A stretch of 33,785 nt of DNA, from contig QZJA01000006.1 of NCBI GenBank assembly GCA_003599205.1, positions 1-33,785 on the forward strand. Direction: 5' to 3'. Origin of the DNA: Candidatus Parcubacteria bacterium. Lineage in GTDB: Bacteria; Patescibacteriota; Patescibacteriia; UBA1558; GWA2-36-10. Shown here in pieces: positions 25,200-33,045 of the stretch. Made by a program: the position numbers and the translations under genes. Each line of letters opens with the position of its first letter. Within the stretch, counting starts at the first letter, position 1. Below the pieces are notes generated by a model, which did no database searches, was not told where the DNA came from, and was given only the letters and a program-made list of their open reading frames with translations.

Positions 25200-25595
25200 G
25201 TGAAGTACGAGCACAAGGAACAGCTTTTTTTCTTGCTACTGGCAGCTTTATGGGGGTGTTTGATTTTTTATCTTTCTTCAATACCTGATCTGTCCAGTGG
25301 TCTGCCTAGTATGTATGATTTTATTTTGCGGAAAATGGCCCATGTTTCTGTGTTTATGATACTTACTTATTTTCTAGCTGGTTCTCTGTCCAAAAATAGT
25401 CGGCCATATTTGTTTTTTGTTATTATAGTGGCTGTTATTTATGCTTTTATTGATGAATTACATCAGGCTGATGTAATTACTCGCCACGGTTCGCCGGTAG
25501 ATATTGTTATAGATTCAATCGGTGTTTATTTGGGTATAAGAATTTATCAATACAAACCACCGAGCAAGATTTTGAGAAAAAAGTTTTTCAAATAA
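25200..25595 (+). CDS. VanZ-like membrane protein
   Basis: RKMAHVSVFMILTYF, DELHQ and SPVDIVIDSIGVYLG match the VanZ-family pattern. GTG start. Confidence 0.7.
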   Translation: MKYEHKEQLFFLLLAALWGCLIFYLSSIPDLSSGLPSMYDFILRKMAHVSVFMILTYFLAGSLSKNSRPYLFFVIIVAVIYAFIDELHQADVITRHGSPVDIVIDSIGVYLGIRIYQYKPPSKILRKKFFK

Positions 25596-25661
25596 AAATA
25601 ACCCCCTCTGCTCTTTGAGCATCTCTCCCTTGAATAAGGGGGAGAAAGAGGGGGTTATTTT
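25595..25661. terminator. Compound bidirectional terminator: 15-bp perfect inverted repeat enclosing a 10-bp hairpin
   Basis: AAAATAACCCCCTCT (25595-25609) pairs with AGAGGGGGTTATTTT (25647-25661). The inner stem is 25622-25631 with 25636-25645, loop GAAT. It sits between the convergent VanZ-like gene and rplT. Confidence 0.7.
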
Positions 25662-26008
25662 TATTTTTTAAAGTTTTCTACTAATTTTTTGAAGGCTTTA
25701 GGGTTTTCTTCAGCTAGTTGTGCTAAAACTTTACGATCCAATTCGCATTGATTTTTTTTCATGGCATCAATAAAGGCTGAATATTTCCAATCTAATTGTT
25801 TTAGTGCAGCACTTAGCTTTGTCTGCCATAATCTGCGATTGACTCTTTTTTTCTTTCGTCTATCGCTTAGAGCATGTTGACCAGCGTGAAGAACAGCTTC
25901 TTGAGCTTGTTTAATCTTAGTTTTTCGTCCCCATTTATAACCTTTGGTTTTTTTGAGGATATTTTTTCGGCGTTTTACATGACTTACACCACGTTTTACT
26001 CTAGGCAT
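25661..26008 (-). CDS. rplT: Ribosomal protein L20
   Basis: MPRVKRGVSHVKRRKNILKKTKGY... Confidence 0.96.
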   Translation of the reverse strand: MPRVKRGVSHVKRRKNILKKTKGYKWGRKTKIKQAQEAVLHAGQHALSDRRKKKRVNRRLWQTKLSAALKQLDWKYSAFIDAMKKNQCELDRKVLAQLAEENPKAFKKLVENFKK

Positions 26009-26031
26009 ATTGTTGTATCTTTAAAATCAAA

Positions 26032-26226
26032 TTATAGGTAAGGCAAAAGCTCCTTGACGGTTTTGACATTGGCTTTTGATAATTGTTTATCACGCCTTTT
26101 ATTTTTAGTTACTTTGCCACTTTCTCTAGCATTAAAATGATCCTGTCCACCAGAGCGGATTATCATTTTTTTCTTGCTGGTCAGTTTTATTCTTTTGCTG
26201 ACTAATTTTTTCGTCTTTAACTTCAT
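26032..26226 (-). CDS. rpmI: Ribosomal protein L35
   Basis: 64 aa, basic, with the KRIKLTSKKK...LLPYL pattern. Lies between infC and rplT. Confidence 0.93.
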   Translation of the reverse strand: MKLKTKKLVSKRIKLTSKKKMIIRSGGQDHFNARESGKVTKNKRRDKQLSKANVKTVKELLPYL

Positions 26227-26230
26227 ATTT

Positions 26231-26761
26231 TTAGGATTTTTTAGTGATAGTTATACTAAACACTCCGCCTTGGAAATCCATAGGCTTTTCTACTTGATGT
26301 TCAGTGTTTAATGTTTCAATGAATTGCTTGATTACTTCTTTAGCTTTTTCTTTAAAAGCTTTTTCTCGGCCACGTAATCTCAGCTCAATTTTGGCTTTGT
26401 GTCCTTGGCCCAAAAATTTATTGACCTGTTTTTGTTTGGTTTGGATATCGTGCTGTCCGATTTTTAGGGATAAACGGACACACTTGGTTTCGGTTTTTTT
26501 GGTCTTTCCTTGGCTGCGAGCTTGTTGGTAAAGAAATTTACCATAATCCATAATCCTACAAACAGGTGGTCGGGATAGAGGAGAGACCTCAACTAAATCA
26601 AGGCCTTTTTCCTGCGCTAGGTTTTTGGCTTGCTCATTGGTCATGATGCCAAGCTGCTGTCCGTCATCATCAATTATCATTAGCTCTGGTAAGCGTATTT
26701 GATGATTGACGCGGTAGCTTTTTAAGGTATCTTTTGGCCGGTTGTTTCTAGTTGGTCTTAT
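26231..26761 (-). CDS. infC: Translation initiation factor IF-3, probable non-AUG (AUA) start
   Basis: The listed ATG at 26680 truncates the N-domain. The frame stays open upstream and reads IRPTRNNRPKDTLKSYRVNHQIRLPELMIIDDDGQQLG, which contains the conserved R.N..IR.PE...I...G.QLG segment. An in-frame TAA lies 3 codons before ATA 26761, and there is no ATG, GTG or TTG in between. Confidence 0.85.
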   Translation of the reverse strand: MRPTRNNRPKDTLKSYRVNHQIRLPELMIIDDDGQQLGIMTNEQAKNLAQEKGLDLVEVSPLSRPPVCRIMDYGKFLYQQARSQGKTKKTETKCVRLSLKIGQHDIQTKQKQVNKFLGQGHKAKIELRLRGREKAFKEKAKEVIKQFIETLNTEHQVEKPMDFQGGVFSITITKKS

Positions 26762-26851
26762 AGCTTTGTTTTAATTTTTAGCTGGTTTTCTCTTGATCTT
26801 TTAGAGATTTTGAGAAGTTATAAAAAATTTTTTGTTTTTGGTATAGTCAAA

Positions 26852-27228
26852 TGGTGGAGATGAGGGGTATTACACCCCTGTCTGACAAATTGCCTAATAC
26901 AGCTCTACAAGTTTAGTCAATTTTGTGTTTCAGCCGAAGACTATAAAATTAACAAAAAATCATCGGCCAAGTTGGTGATGGTTTTGAAATATCCAGCCCA
27001 ACAATGGATATTTCTAGCCTAGTGAATGACGTCTCAAATTGATCCTAGGCTATCAAAGGGAGACGGTCGTAGCATTTTTAAGCTACAACTGGGTAAAGCT
27101 GCGGGACCTTGAAAAGATCCTTGGCTTTAGCAATGAAGTTTTTTGCACTTATTGCAGGAGATGTTTAATGAGATCACTCTCAACTTGCAATATATTATTT
27201 CACTTGCCGTCGAATAAGTTACATCCCC
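26852..27228 (-). ncRNA. ssrA: tmRNA (ssrA), ~377 nt
   Basis: The minus strand starts GGGGATGTAACTTATTCGACGG and ends AGGGGTGTAATACCCCTCATCTCCACCA. The acceptor GGGGATG/CATCTCC includes a G3-U pair. The tag ORF GCA AAA AAC ... GTA GCT TAA is preceded by AAUAAGU. It starts 5 nt downstream of the smpB stop. Confidence 0.88.
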
Positions 27229-27232
27229 AAGT

Positions 27233-27685
27233 TTAAAAATTCTTGAGTTTGCGCGAAATATTGCGCTCAATGTCTCTTTTTTTGATGGTTTCTCTTTTGT
27301 CAAATTTCTTTTTACCCTTAACCAAGGCAATCTTTACCTTGATCAACCTTCGCGTAGTATACACTGAAATAGGTACAATTGTCAAGCCTTTTTCGTTGGT
27401 TTTGCTGGATAAATAGGCGATTTGACGCTTAGCCAGCAAAAGTTTGCGATCACGATCAGGATTATAATTTTTCAAACTTTGTAGGGAAGCTTTAGAATAG
27501 GTCGGGATGTGCATTTTTTTGAGCCAAGCTTCACCTCTTTTTAGTGAAACAAAAGCTCCCTTAAGGCTGATATGGTGGGTTTTGATTGACTTTACTTCTT
27601 GGCCAGTCAATACCAAGCCAGCCTCGAGTTCTTCGACAACTTTATAGTCAAGATTAATTTGTTTGTTTCGTGCAATTTCCGCCAT
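27233..27685 (-). CDS. smpB: SsrA-binding protein SmpB
   Basis: NKQINLDYKVVEELEAGLVLTGQEVKSIK... plus a basic C-terminal tail. Confidence 0.95.
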   Translation of the reverse strand: MAEIARNKQINLDYKVVEELEAGLVLTGQEVKSIKTHHISLKGAFVSLKRGEAWLKKMHIPTYSKASLQSLKNYNPDRDRKLLLAKRQIAYLSSKTNEKGLTIVPISVYTTRRLIKVKIALVKGKKKFDKRETIKKRDIERNISRKLKNF

Positions 27686-27703
27686 ATTTTTAATCTATAG
27701 CTA

Positions 27704-27732
27704 AATATAGACCATTTTTAGGTATTTGACAA
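27704..27732 (-). promoter_or_regulatory. Candidate smpB promoter TTGTCA, 17 nt, TATATT (minus strand)
   Basis: The reverse complement of 27727-27732 is TTGTCA and that of 27704-27709 is TATATT. The start codon is at 27685. Confidence 0.45.
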
Positions 27733-27754
27733 TAAGGGCCTTTTTTGTTAAAGT
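27726..27754 (+). promoter_or_regulatory. Candidate promoter TTGACA, 17 nt, TAAAGT for the downstream structured RNA
   Basis: TTGACA at 27726-27731 overlaps the minus-strand -35 box. TAAAGT at 27749-27754. Confidence 0.45.
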
Positions 27755-27757
27755 AGC

Positions 27758-27923
27758 GGGTTCCCCTAGAACAAACTGGTAATTTCCAAGCTATTTTGTC
27801 AGATGTTAGCCCAATAACCCTCCTTATCGGTGCTACTCACCCTGGCAGATAGCTTGGAGGTTATTAGATAGCCCTGAGCTCCTCTGCGCTACGCGCGTAG
27901 TTGAGGTGTCTAGGGGTTTTTTT
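27758..27923 (+). ncRNA. Unclassified structured RNA candidate (~165 nt)
   Basis: End-to-end stem CCCCTAGA (27763-27770) with TCTAGGGG (27909-27916), followed by T7. A 19-bp helix pairs 27776-27794 with 27849-27867, and 27797-27802 pairs with 27842-27847. Five G-U pairs are valid only on the plus strand. No ORF is present. Confidence 0.5.
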
Positions 27924-27952
27924 ATTACTTCAAATTAGCTATAATAAGTCTG

Positions 27953-28348
27953 ATGTATAAAATAAAACAAAACAAAGAATCACAAATTAGCGTTAAGCGT
28001 TCCAAATTTCTTGGTTTTTGTTTTAAAGTAGAATCAATCAACCAGGTAAAAGATATTTTACAAAGTTTCGAGGGTAAATACAAAGGCGCCAAGCACACGG
28101 TCTATGCTTATCGTTTAGCAGAAGATGGAGTACTCAGGGAAAAGTTTGATAACGACGGCGAACCAACAGGTTCAGCCGGTCCGCCACTTTTATCACTGTT
28201 GCAGAAAAAAAATATCATGAGTTGTCTTTTGGTAGTAGTCAGATATTATGGAGGTATAAATTTGGGAGTAGGAGGTTTAATTAGAGCTTATACTCAAGCA
28301 GCTCAGGAAACATTGGAAGAAAATTTTGATGAAAATCAGGGAAAATAA
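27953..28348 (+). CDS. IMPACT/YigZ-family protein (N-terminal UPF0029 domain only)
   Basis: KRSKFLGFCF, HTVYAYRL, DDGEPTGSAGPPLL, VVVRYYGGINLGVGGLIRAY. Confidence 0.85.
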   Translation: MYKIKQNKESQISVKRSKFLGFCFKVESINQVKDILQSFEGKYKGAKHTVYAYRLAEDGVLREKFDNDGEPTGSAGPPLLSLLQKKNIMSCLLVVVRYYGGINLGVGGLIRAYTQAAQETLEENFDENQGK

Positions 28349-28898
28349 AAAATCAATCAAACTAGATGGTCAAACATATGATTATACTTTGCGTCGCCGT
28401 CCGCGAGCAAAGTATGTGCGTCTGACAATCAATCATCAGGCTACTTTGACAGTAACGGCTCCGGTAGCTTATCCAATTTTTTTGATCAATAGATTTTTAC
28501 AAAGCCGCTCTCGTTGGTTTTTGTCTGCCCTAGCTAAGGCCCGACTTAATCCTAGTATTTTTTCGCGCCATCATACAGGCCAGGAGTTAGCGCTTTACAA
28601 AAGGCAGGCTAGAAAATTGGTAGAGGACAGATTGAAATATTTTAATCAGTATTATAATTTTGAATTCAAACAAATTGCTATCCGCAATCAAAGCACTCGT
28701 TGGGGTTCTTGCTCATCTGCTAAAAACTTGAATTTTAATTATCGGATTTGCCTTTTACCCAGTGAATTGGCTGATTATATAATTGTTCATGAGCTTTGTC
28801 ATTTGTCAGAAATGAATCATTCTGTCAAGTTTTGGCGGTTGGTAGAGCGGACAATCCCGGAGCACAAAAAATTGAGAAAAGAATTAAAGAGAATTTAG
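28326..28898 (+). CDS. YgjP-like M48-family metallohydrolase (DUF45)
   Basis: WGSCSSAKNLNFNYRI and the HExxH motif IIVHELCHLSEMNHS. Overlaps the upstream gene by 23 nt. Confidence 0.85.
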   Translation: MMKIRENKKSIKLDGQTYDYTLRRRPRAKYVRLTINHQATLTVTAPVAYPIFLINRFLQSRSRWFLSALAKARLNPSIFSRHHTGQELALYKRQARKLVEDRLKYFNQYYNFEFKQIAIRNQSTRWGSCSSAKNLNFNYRICLLPSELADYIIVHELCHLSEMNHSVKFWRLVERTIPEHKKLRKELKRI

Positions 28899-28940
28899 CT
28901 AACATTAGCTAAATTTTTTGTTTGAAAAAAGAGGAAGATT

Positions 28941-29738
28941 TTGCTAAAATTAAGGCACAAAAATATGGAAGAAAAATACTTAAAAATAATAGAAGCAGCT
29001 AAGGCTGGTGGCGCAATTTTGCGCCAATATTTTGGTCAGGATCTAGCAATTGAAGAAAAGTCTATGCCAGCTGATTTTTTTACTAAAGCGGATACTGAAT
29101 CAGAAAGAGCGATTTTAGAAGTGTTGAAAAAAGAATATCCAAATTATAATATTTATTCAGAAGAGGATGGTAAAACCAACAATGGTTCGGAATATACTTT
29201 TGTGATTGACCCGCTTGATGGTTCAAATAATTTTGTAGTTGGTGTGCCGAATTTTTCGGTTTCTATTGCTCTGACAAAAGGCAAAAATATTGAGGCAGGT
29301 GTGATCTATCAACCAATACTGGATAGAGTATATTATGCACAAAAAGGTAAAGGAGCATTTCTAAATGGCAAGAAAATCTCAGTTAGCCGAGAAACTGATA
29401 GCAAAAGAGCGGGTATTTCATATGTTGCTTCTTATGGTCATGATGCCGAAGATTATGGACAGATGATGAAAAATCTGGAGACTATTGAAGCGAAAAGAGT
29501 TTTTTATAACTGGTCAGTAGCTATGGATTTTTGTTACCTAGCTTCAGGAAAAATGGAAGCGATAATCAACGAAGGTTGTGAAGTTTATGATTATTTGGCT
29601 GGCAAGATAATTGCCAAAGAAGCGGGTGCTTTAATTTTAGATTTTAGCGGGTCAGAGGAAAAGGATGAAAATGGTAGTAAATTTGTGGCTGTTAATAATA
29701 GAGCTATTTTTGATAAGTTATTAAAAATTTTAAGTTAA
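28941..29738 (+). CDS. Inositol monophosphatase family protein (SuhB-like)
   Basis: EEDG, VIDPLDGSNNF, WSVAMDFCYLASG. TTG 28941 follows GAGGA (28931-28935); ATG 28965 is an alternative start. Confidence 0.88.
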   Translation: MLKLRHKNMEEKYLKIIEAAKAGGAILRQYFGQDLAIEEKSMPADFFTKADTESERAILEVLKKEYPNYNIYSEEDGKTNNGSEYTFVIDPLDGSNNFVVGVPNFSVSIALTKGKNIEAGVIYQPILDRVYYAQKGKGAFLNGKKISVSRETDSKRAGISYVASYGHDAEDYGQMMKNLETIEAKRVFYNWSVAMDFCYLASGKMEAIINEGCEVYDYLAGKIIAKEAGALILDFSGSEEKDENGSKFVAVNNRAIFDKLLKILS

Positions 29739-29760
29739 TAAAATATTAATTAACAAAAAT

Positions 29761-30258
29761 ATGAGTAATGAACCTAGAAAAGATTTTTTGTCTTGGGATG
29801 ACACATTTATGCTAATGGCAATGCTAATGGCTCAAAGATCAAAAGAACCAAATACTCAAACTGGTGCAGTTGTAGTTGATGAAAGAAATGTGGTCTTGGG
29901 TTTGGGCTATAATGGTTTTCCTCGTGGTATTGGAACTGATGACCTGCCTTGGGGCAAAGAACAGGACGATTGGGTCTATACCAAATATCCATATACAGTT
30001 CACGCCGAGAGAAACGCTATTTATAATGCTAATAAGACAGTAGCTGGTGGTAAAATGTATTGCACACTTTTCCCTTGTAATGAATGCGCTAAAACCATCA
30101 TTCAAACTGGCGTCAAAGAATTAATCTATTTTGATGATAAGTATATGAATGAGGAATATTCTGTTGCCGCTAAGAAACTTTTTGATTTGGCTGGTGTCAG
30201 GTACAAAAAATATGTACCAACTAAAAAATTGAACCTCGAAGATAATGGCAAAAAATAA
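29761..30258 (+). CDS. dCMP deaminase (ComEB/cytidylate deaminase family)
   Basis: Zinc motifs HAERNAI and PCNECAKTI. Confidence 0.9.
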   Translation: MSNEPRKDFLSWDDTFMLMAMLMAQRSKEPNTQTGAVVVDERNVVLGLGYNGFPRGIGTDDLPWGKEQDDWVYTKYPYTVHAERNAIYNANKTVAGGKMYCTLFPCNECAKTIIQTGVKELIYFDDKYMNEEYSVAAKKLFDLAGVRYKKYVPTKKLNLEDNGKK

Positions 30259-30793
30259 AGTAATACTTGGTTTTACTGGTTTGATAGCCTGTGGCAAAGG
30301 TACGGCGGCCAAATATTTTAAAGACAAGTACAATGCTGATACTTTTCGTTTTTCTACAATGTTAAGAGACGTACTTGATCGTTTGTATTTGCCCCAGTCT
30401 AGAGAAAATTTTCAAATTCTTTCCCCACTACTTAGAGAGACTTTTGGTCAGGACATCATGGCGAAAGTAATAGCCGAAGATGTCAAAAAATCTAAAGCAG
30501 ATATAATAGTCATTGATGGAATGAGGCGTCCAGCTGACATAGAATATCTTCGTAATGTGCCAGGTTTTAGGATGGTAGCCATAGATGTTGATATGCGTAC
30601 TCGTTATGAGCGTTTGGTGAAGCGTGGAGAAAATACAGATGACACTAGTAAGACTTTTGAACAATTTCAAAAGGAGCATGAAGCAGAAACTGAAATATAT
30701 ATTCCAGAGCTTATGAAACAGGCCGATGTTACTATCGATAATAACGGTTCGGTTGAGGATTTTTATAAACAATTAGATAAATTGATTAAGTAG
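30245..30793 (+). CDS. P-loop nucleotide kinase-like protein (dNMP-kinase / dephospho-CoA-kinase-like fold), substrate unknown
   Basis: Walker A GFTGLIACGKGT and a Walker-B-like IIVIDGMRRP. Embedded in the deoxypyrimidine cluster and overlaps the deaminase gene by 14 nt. Confidence 0.55.
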   Translation: MAKNKVILGFTGLIACGKGTAAKYFKDKYNADTFRFSTMLRDVLDRLYLPQSRENFQILSPLLRETFGQDIMAKVIAEDVKKSKADIIVIDGMRRPADIEYLRNVPGFRMVAIDVDMRTRYERLVKRGENTDDTSKTFEQFQKEHEAETEIYIPELMKQADVTIDNNGSVEDFYKQLDKLIK

Positions 30794-30796
30794 CGT

Positions 30797-31705
30797 ATGA
30801 AACAATACCTTGATATCCTCAAAAAAATAAAAGATGAAGGCAATGATCGTGGTGATAGAACTGGTGTCGGTACGCGCAGTATTTTTGGTGCACAGATGAG
30901 ATTTGATTTGAGTCAGGGTTATCCTTTAGTTACGACCAAGAAAATGTTTTTGCGAGGAATTATACACGAGCTTCTTTGGATGTTGAGAGGGGAGACAAAT
31001 GTTAGGTATTTAGTTGAGAATGATGTCCATATTTGGGATGCTTGGCCTTATGCTGTTTATCTTCAAGTCAAAGAGGGGTCGGGTCAAGAAGCACTCTCTC
31101 AGGAAGATTTTGTAAATAAAATAAAAGAAAGTAAAAGTTTTGCTCGTGAGTGGGGTGATCTTGGGCCAGTGTATGGTAAACAGTGGCGTCGTTGGCTTGG
31201 TCCAGGTGGTAAAGAGATAGATCAAATCGCTATTGCTATTGATCAGATAAAAAATGATCCCGGCTCAAGACGCATCATTGTTAGTGCTTGGAATACCGGT
31301 GAATTACAAATGTTGATTAAAGGCAAAAGAACAGCACCACCACCATGTCCAAGTTTTTTCCAATTTTATGTTAATAATGGCAAGCTTTCTTGTCATTTAT
31401 ATCAGAGGAGTGCTGATGTATTTTTGGGAGTGCCGTTTGATATTGCTAGCTATTCACTGCTTACAATGATGATGGCGCAAGTTACTGGGTTGAAGCCTGG
31501 GGATTTTGTGATATCTTTTGGCGATATTCATATTTATAAGAATCATTTTGAGCAAGTTGATGAGCAATTGAAACGTGAGCCGTTAGCATTGCCGACAATG
31601 AAGATAAATTCAGAAGTAAAAGATATTGATAGCTTTAAGTTTGAAGATTTTGAATTGTTAAATTATAAATCTCACCCTTCTATTAAAGCACAAATTGCCG
31701 TATAA
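30797..31705 (+). CDS. thyA: Thymidylate synthase ThyA
   Basis: [61 protein letters not shown]. Confidence 0.95.
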   Translation: MKQYLDILKKIKDEGNDRGDRTGVGTRSIFGAQMRFDLSQGYPLVTTKKMFLRGIIHELLWMLRGETNVRYLVENDVHIWDAWPYAVYLQVKEGSGQEALSQEDFVNKIKESKSFAREWGDLGPVYGKQWRRWLGPGGKEIDQIAIAIDQIKNDPGSRRIIVSAWNTGELQMLIKGKRTAPPPCPSFFQFYVNNGKLSCHLYQRSADVFLGVPFDIASYSLLTMMMAQVTGLKPGDFVISFGDIHIYKNHFEQVDEQLKREPLALPTMKINSEVKDIDSFKFEDFELLNYKSHPSIKAQIAV

Positions 31706-31708
31706 ATT

Positions 31709-32200
31709 ATGGAAAATAAAAAAACTACAATTAGCTTGATTGCGGCAGTTGCCAAAGATCGCGGTATTGGTTATAAAAATAAATTATTAATTCATTTGCC
31801 ACCTGATTTGAAGCACTTCAAAGCAATCACCAGCGGTCATAGTGTGATCATGGGTCAGACTACCTATGAATCTATGGGTGGTGCTTTGCCCAATCGGACC
31901 AATATTATTTTGACCAATGACCCAAATTTTAAAGCACCTGGTTGTGTAATTTTACGTTCTTTAGAAGAAGCTTTAGATTATATTGAAAAGAGTAAAGAGG
32001 ATGAAGTATTTTTTATTGGTGGTGCTTCAGTGTATAGACAGTCTATCAAATATGCTGACAAATTATATCTGACTGTGATTGATCAAGAGTTTGAAGCTGA
32101 TACATTTTTTCCGGATTACTCTGATTTTAAAGTCATAGCTGAGTCAGAAATTCAGGAATATAATAATGTTAAATTTAAGTATTTAGAATTAAGTAAATAA
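31709..32200 (+). CDS. folA: Dihydrofolate reductase
   Basis: ISLIAAVAKDRGIGYKNKLLIHLPPDLKHFKAIT, VIMGQTTYES, FFIGGASVY. Confidence 0.92.
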   Translation: MENKKTTISLIAAVAKDRGIGYKNKLLIHLPPDLKHFKAITSGHSVIMGQTTYESMGGALPNRTNIILTNDPNFKAPGCVILRSLEEALDYIEKSKEDEVFFIGGASVYRQSIKYADKLYLTVIDQEFEADTFFPDYSDFKVIAESEIQEYNNVKFKYLELSK

Positions 32201-32205
32201 AATAT

Positions 32206-32610
32206 ATGAGTGTAGAAGTGCCAGAAGAATTTCGACCAGAAAATCAGGGGGAAAAGCCAAAAGATAAGGATCCTGTGGTTGAAAAATATTTAGTTTTTTT
32301 TAGGCGCTTGAAAGATGGCTATAGCAACGAGATCCCAAAAGATCTGGTTCATAGTACTAGTGAAAGTAGTAGATTCAAGGTAAGAAAGGGTTGGTTTACA
32401 GCCTTGATTACTCAGCTGGAAATGTTTAGAGAAGACTATTTGACTGATTCTCTTGATAGTCGGTCAGAGCCACTGGTTGCTGATGTGAGAAATTTTGTTG
32501 CTAGTTATACTAGCGAAGATTTTAAATTTTTAGACAGAGTCAGAGCAGAAGATATAGAAGCGGGTGATGCTATTTTGGATAAAGTTATTTCTTATTTAGA
32601 AAATTTATAA
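32206..32610 (+). CDS. Hypothetical protein (134 aa) inside the thymidylate cluster
   Basis: Tightly packed (5-nt gaps) between folA and dut. No motif I can recognise. Confidence 0.65.
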   Translation: MSVEVPEEFRPENQGEKPKDKDPVVEKYLVFFRRLKDGYSNEIPKDLVHSTSESSRFKVRKGWFTALITQLEMFREDYLTDSLDSRSEPLVADVRNFVASYTSEDFKFLDRVRAEDIEAGDAILDKVISYLENL

Positions 32611-32614
32611 CAGG

Positions 32615-33037
32615 ATGAATATAAAATTTAAAAAAATAAACGACAAAGCTACTACGCCAACCTTTGGTTCAAAACACAGCGCAGCTATGGATTTTTATTC
32701 TTGTCAGGATGTGGAATTACAGCCCGGTGACTATACTTTGGTTGAAACGGGGATAGTTGTAGAAATACCAGAAGGTTACTGGGGTAATATTCGCGACCGT
32801 TCTGGTTTGGCAGCTAAACACGCTATTCATACTCTAGCCGGTGTGATTGATTCAGATTATCGGGGAGAAATAAAAATAGTTTTGATTAATTTAAGTAAAG
32901 AAACTTATAATATAAAAATTGGTGATAGGATAGCACAGATGATAATCTCCAAGCATGAGAGCCCAATGCTAGAAGAAGTAAGTGAATTAGAGGATACAGA
33001 TAGGGGTGAGGGAAGTTTTGGTTCAACTGGTTATTAA
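32615..33037 (+). CDS. dut: dUTP diphosphatase (trimeric dUTPase)
   Basis: AAMDFYS, RDRSGLA, GVIDSDYRGEI, RIAQMII, and the C-terminal RGEGSFGSTG. Confidence 0.93.
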   Translation: MNIKFKKINDKATTPTFGSKHSAAMDFYSCQDVELQPGDYTLVETGIVVEIPEGYWGNIRDRSGLAAKHAIHTLAGVIDSDYRGEIKIVLINLSKETYNIKIGDRIAQMIISKHESPMLEEVSELEDTDRGEGSFGSTGY

Positions 33038-33045
33038 TTTTATAT

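Noticed and set aside
27039-27330. ORFs 27039-27236 (+) and 27127-27330 (-)
   Set aside because: Both lie within or across the tmRNA gene and the 3' end of smpB. They have no coding signal beyond being open.
27758-27923. Assignment of the structured RNA to SRP RNA, 6S RNA or RNase P RNA
   Set aside because: There is no GNAR-tetraloop/AGCA domain-IV signature for SRP and no GAGGAAAGUCC-type P4 element for RNase P. The three-way architecture does not look like the single rod with a central bubble of 6S. It is left unclassified pending a covariance-model scan.
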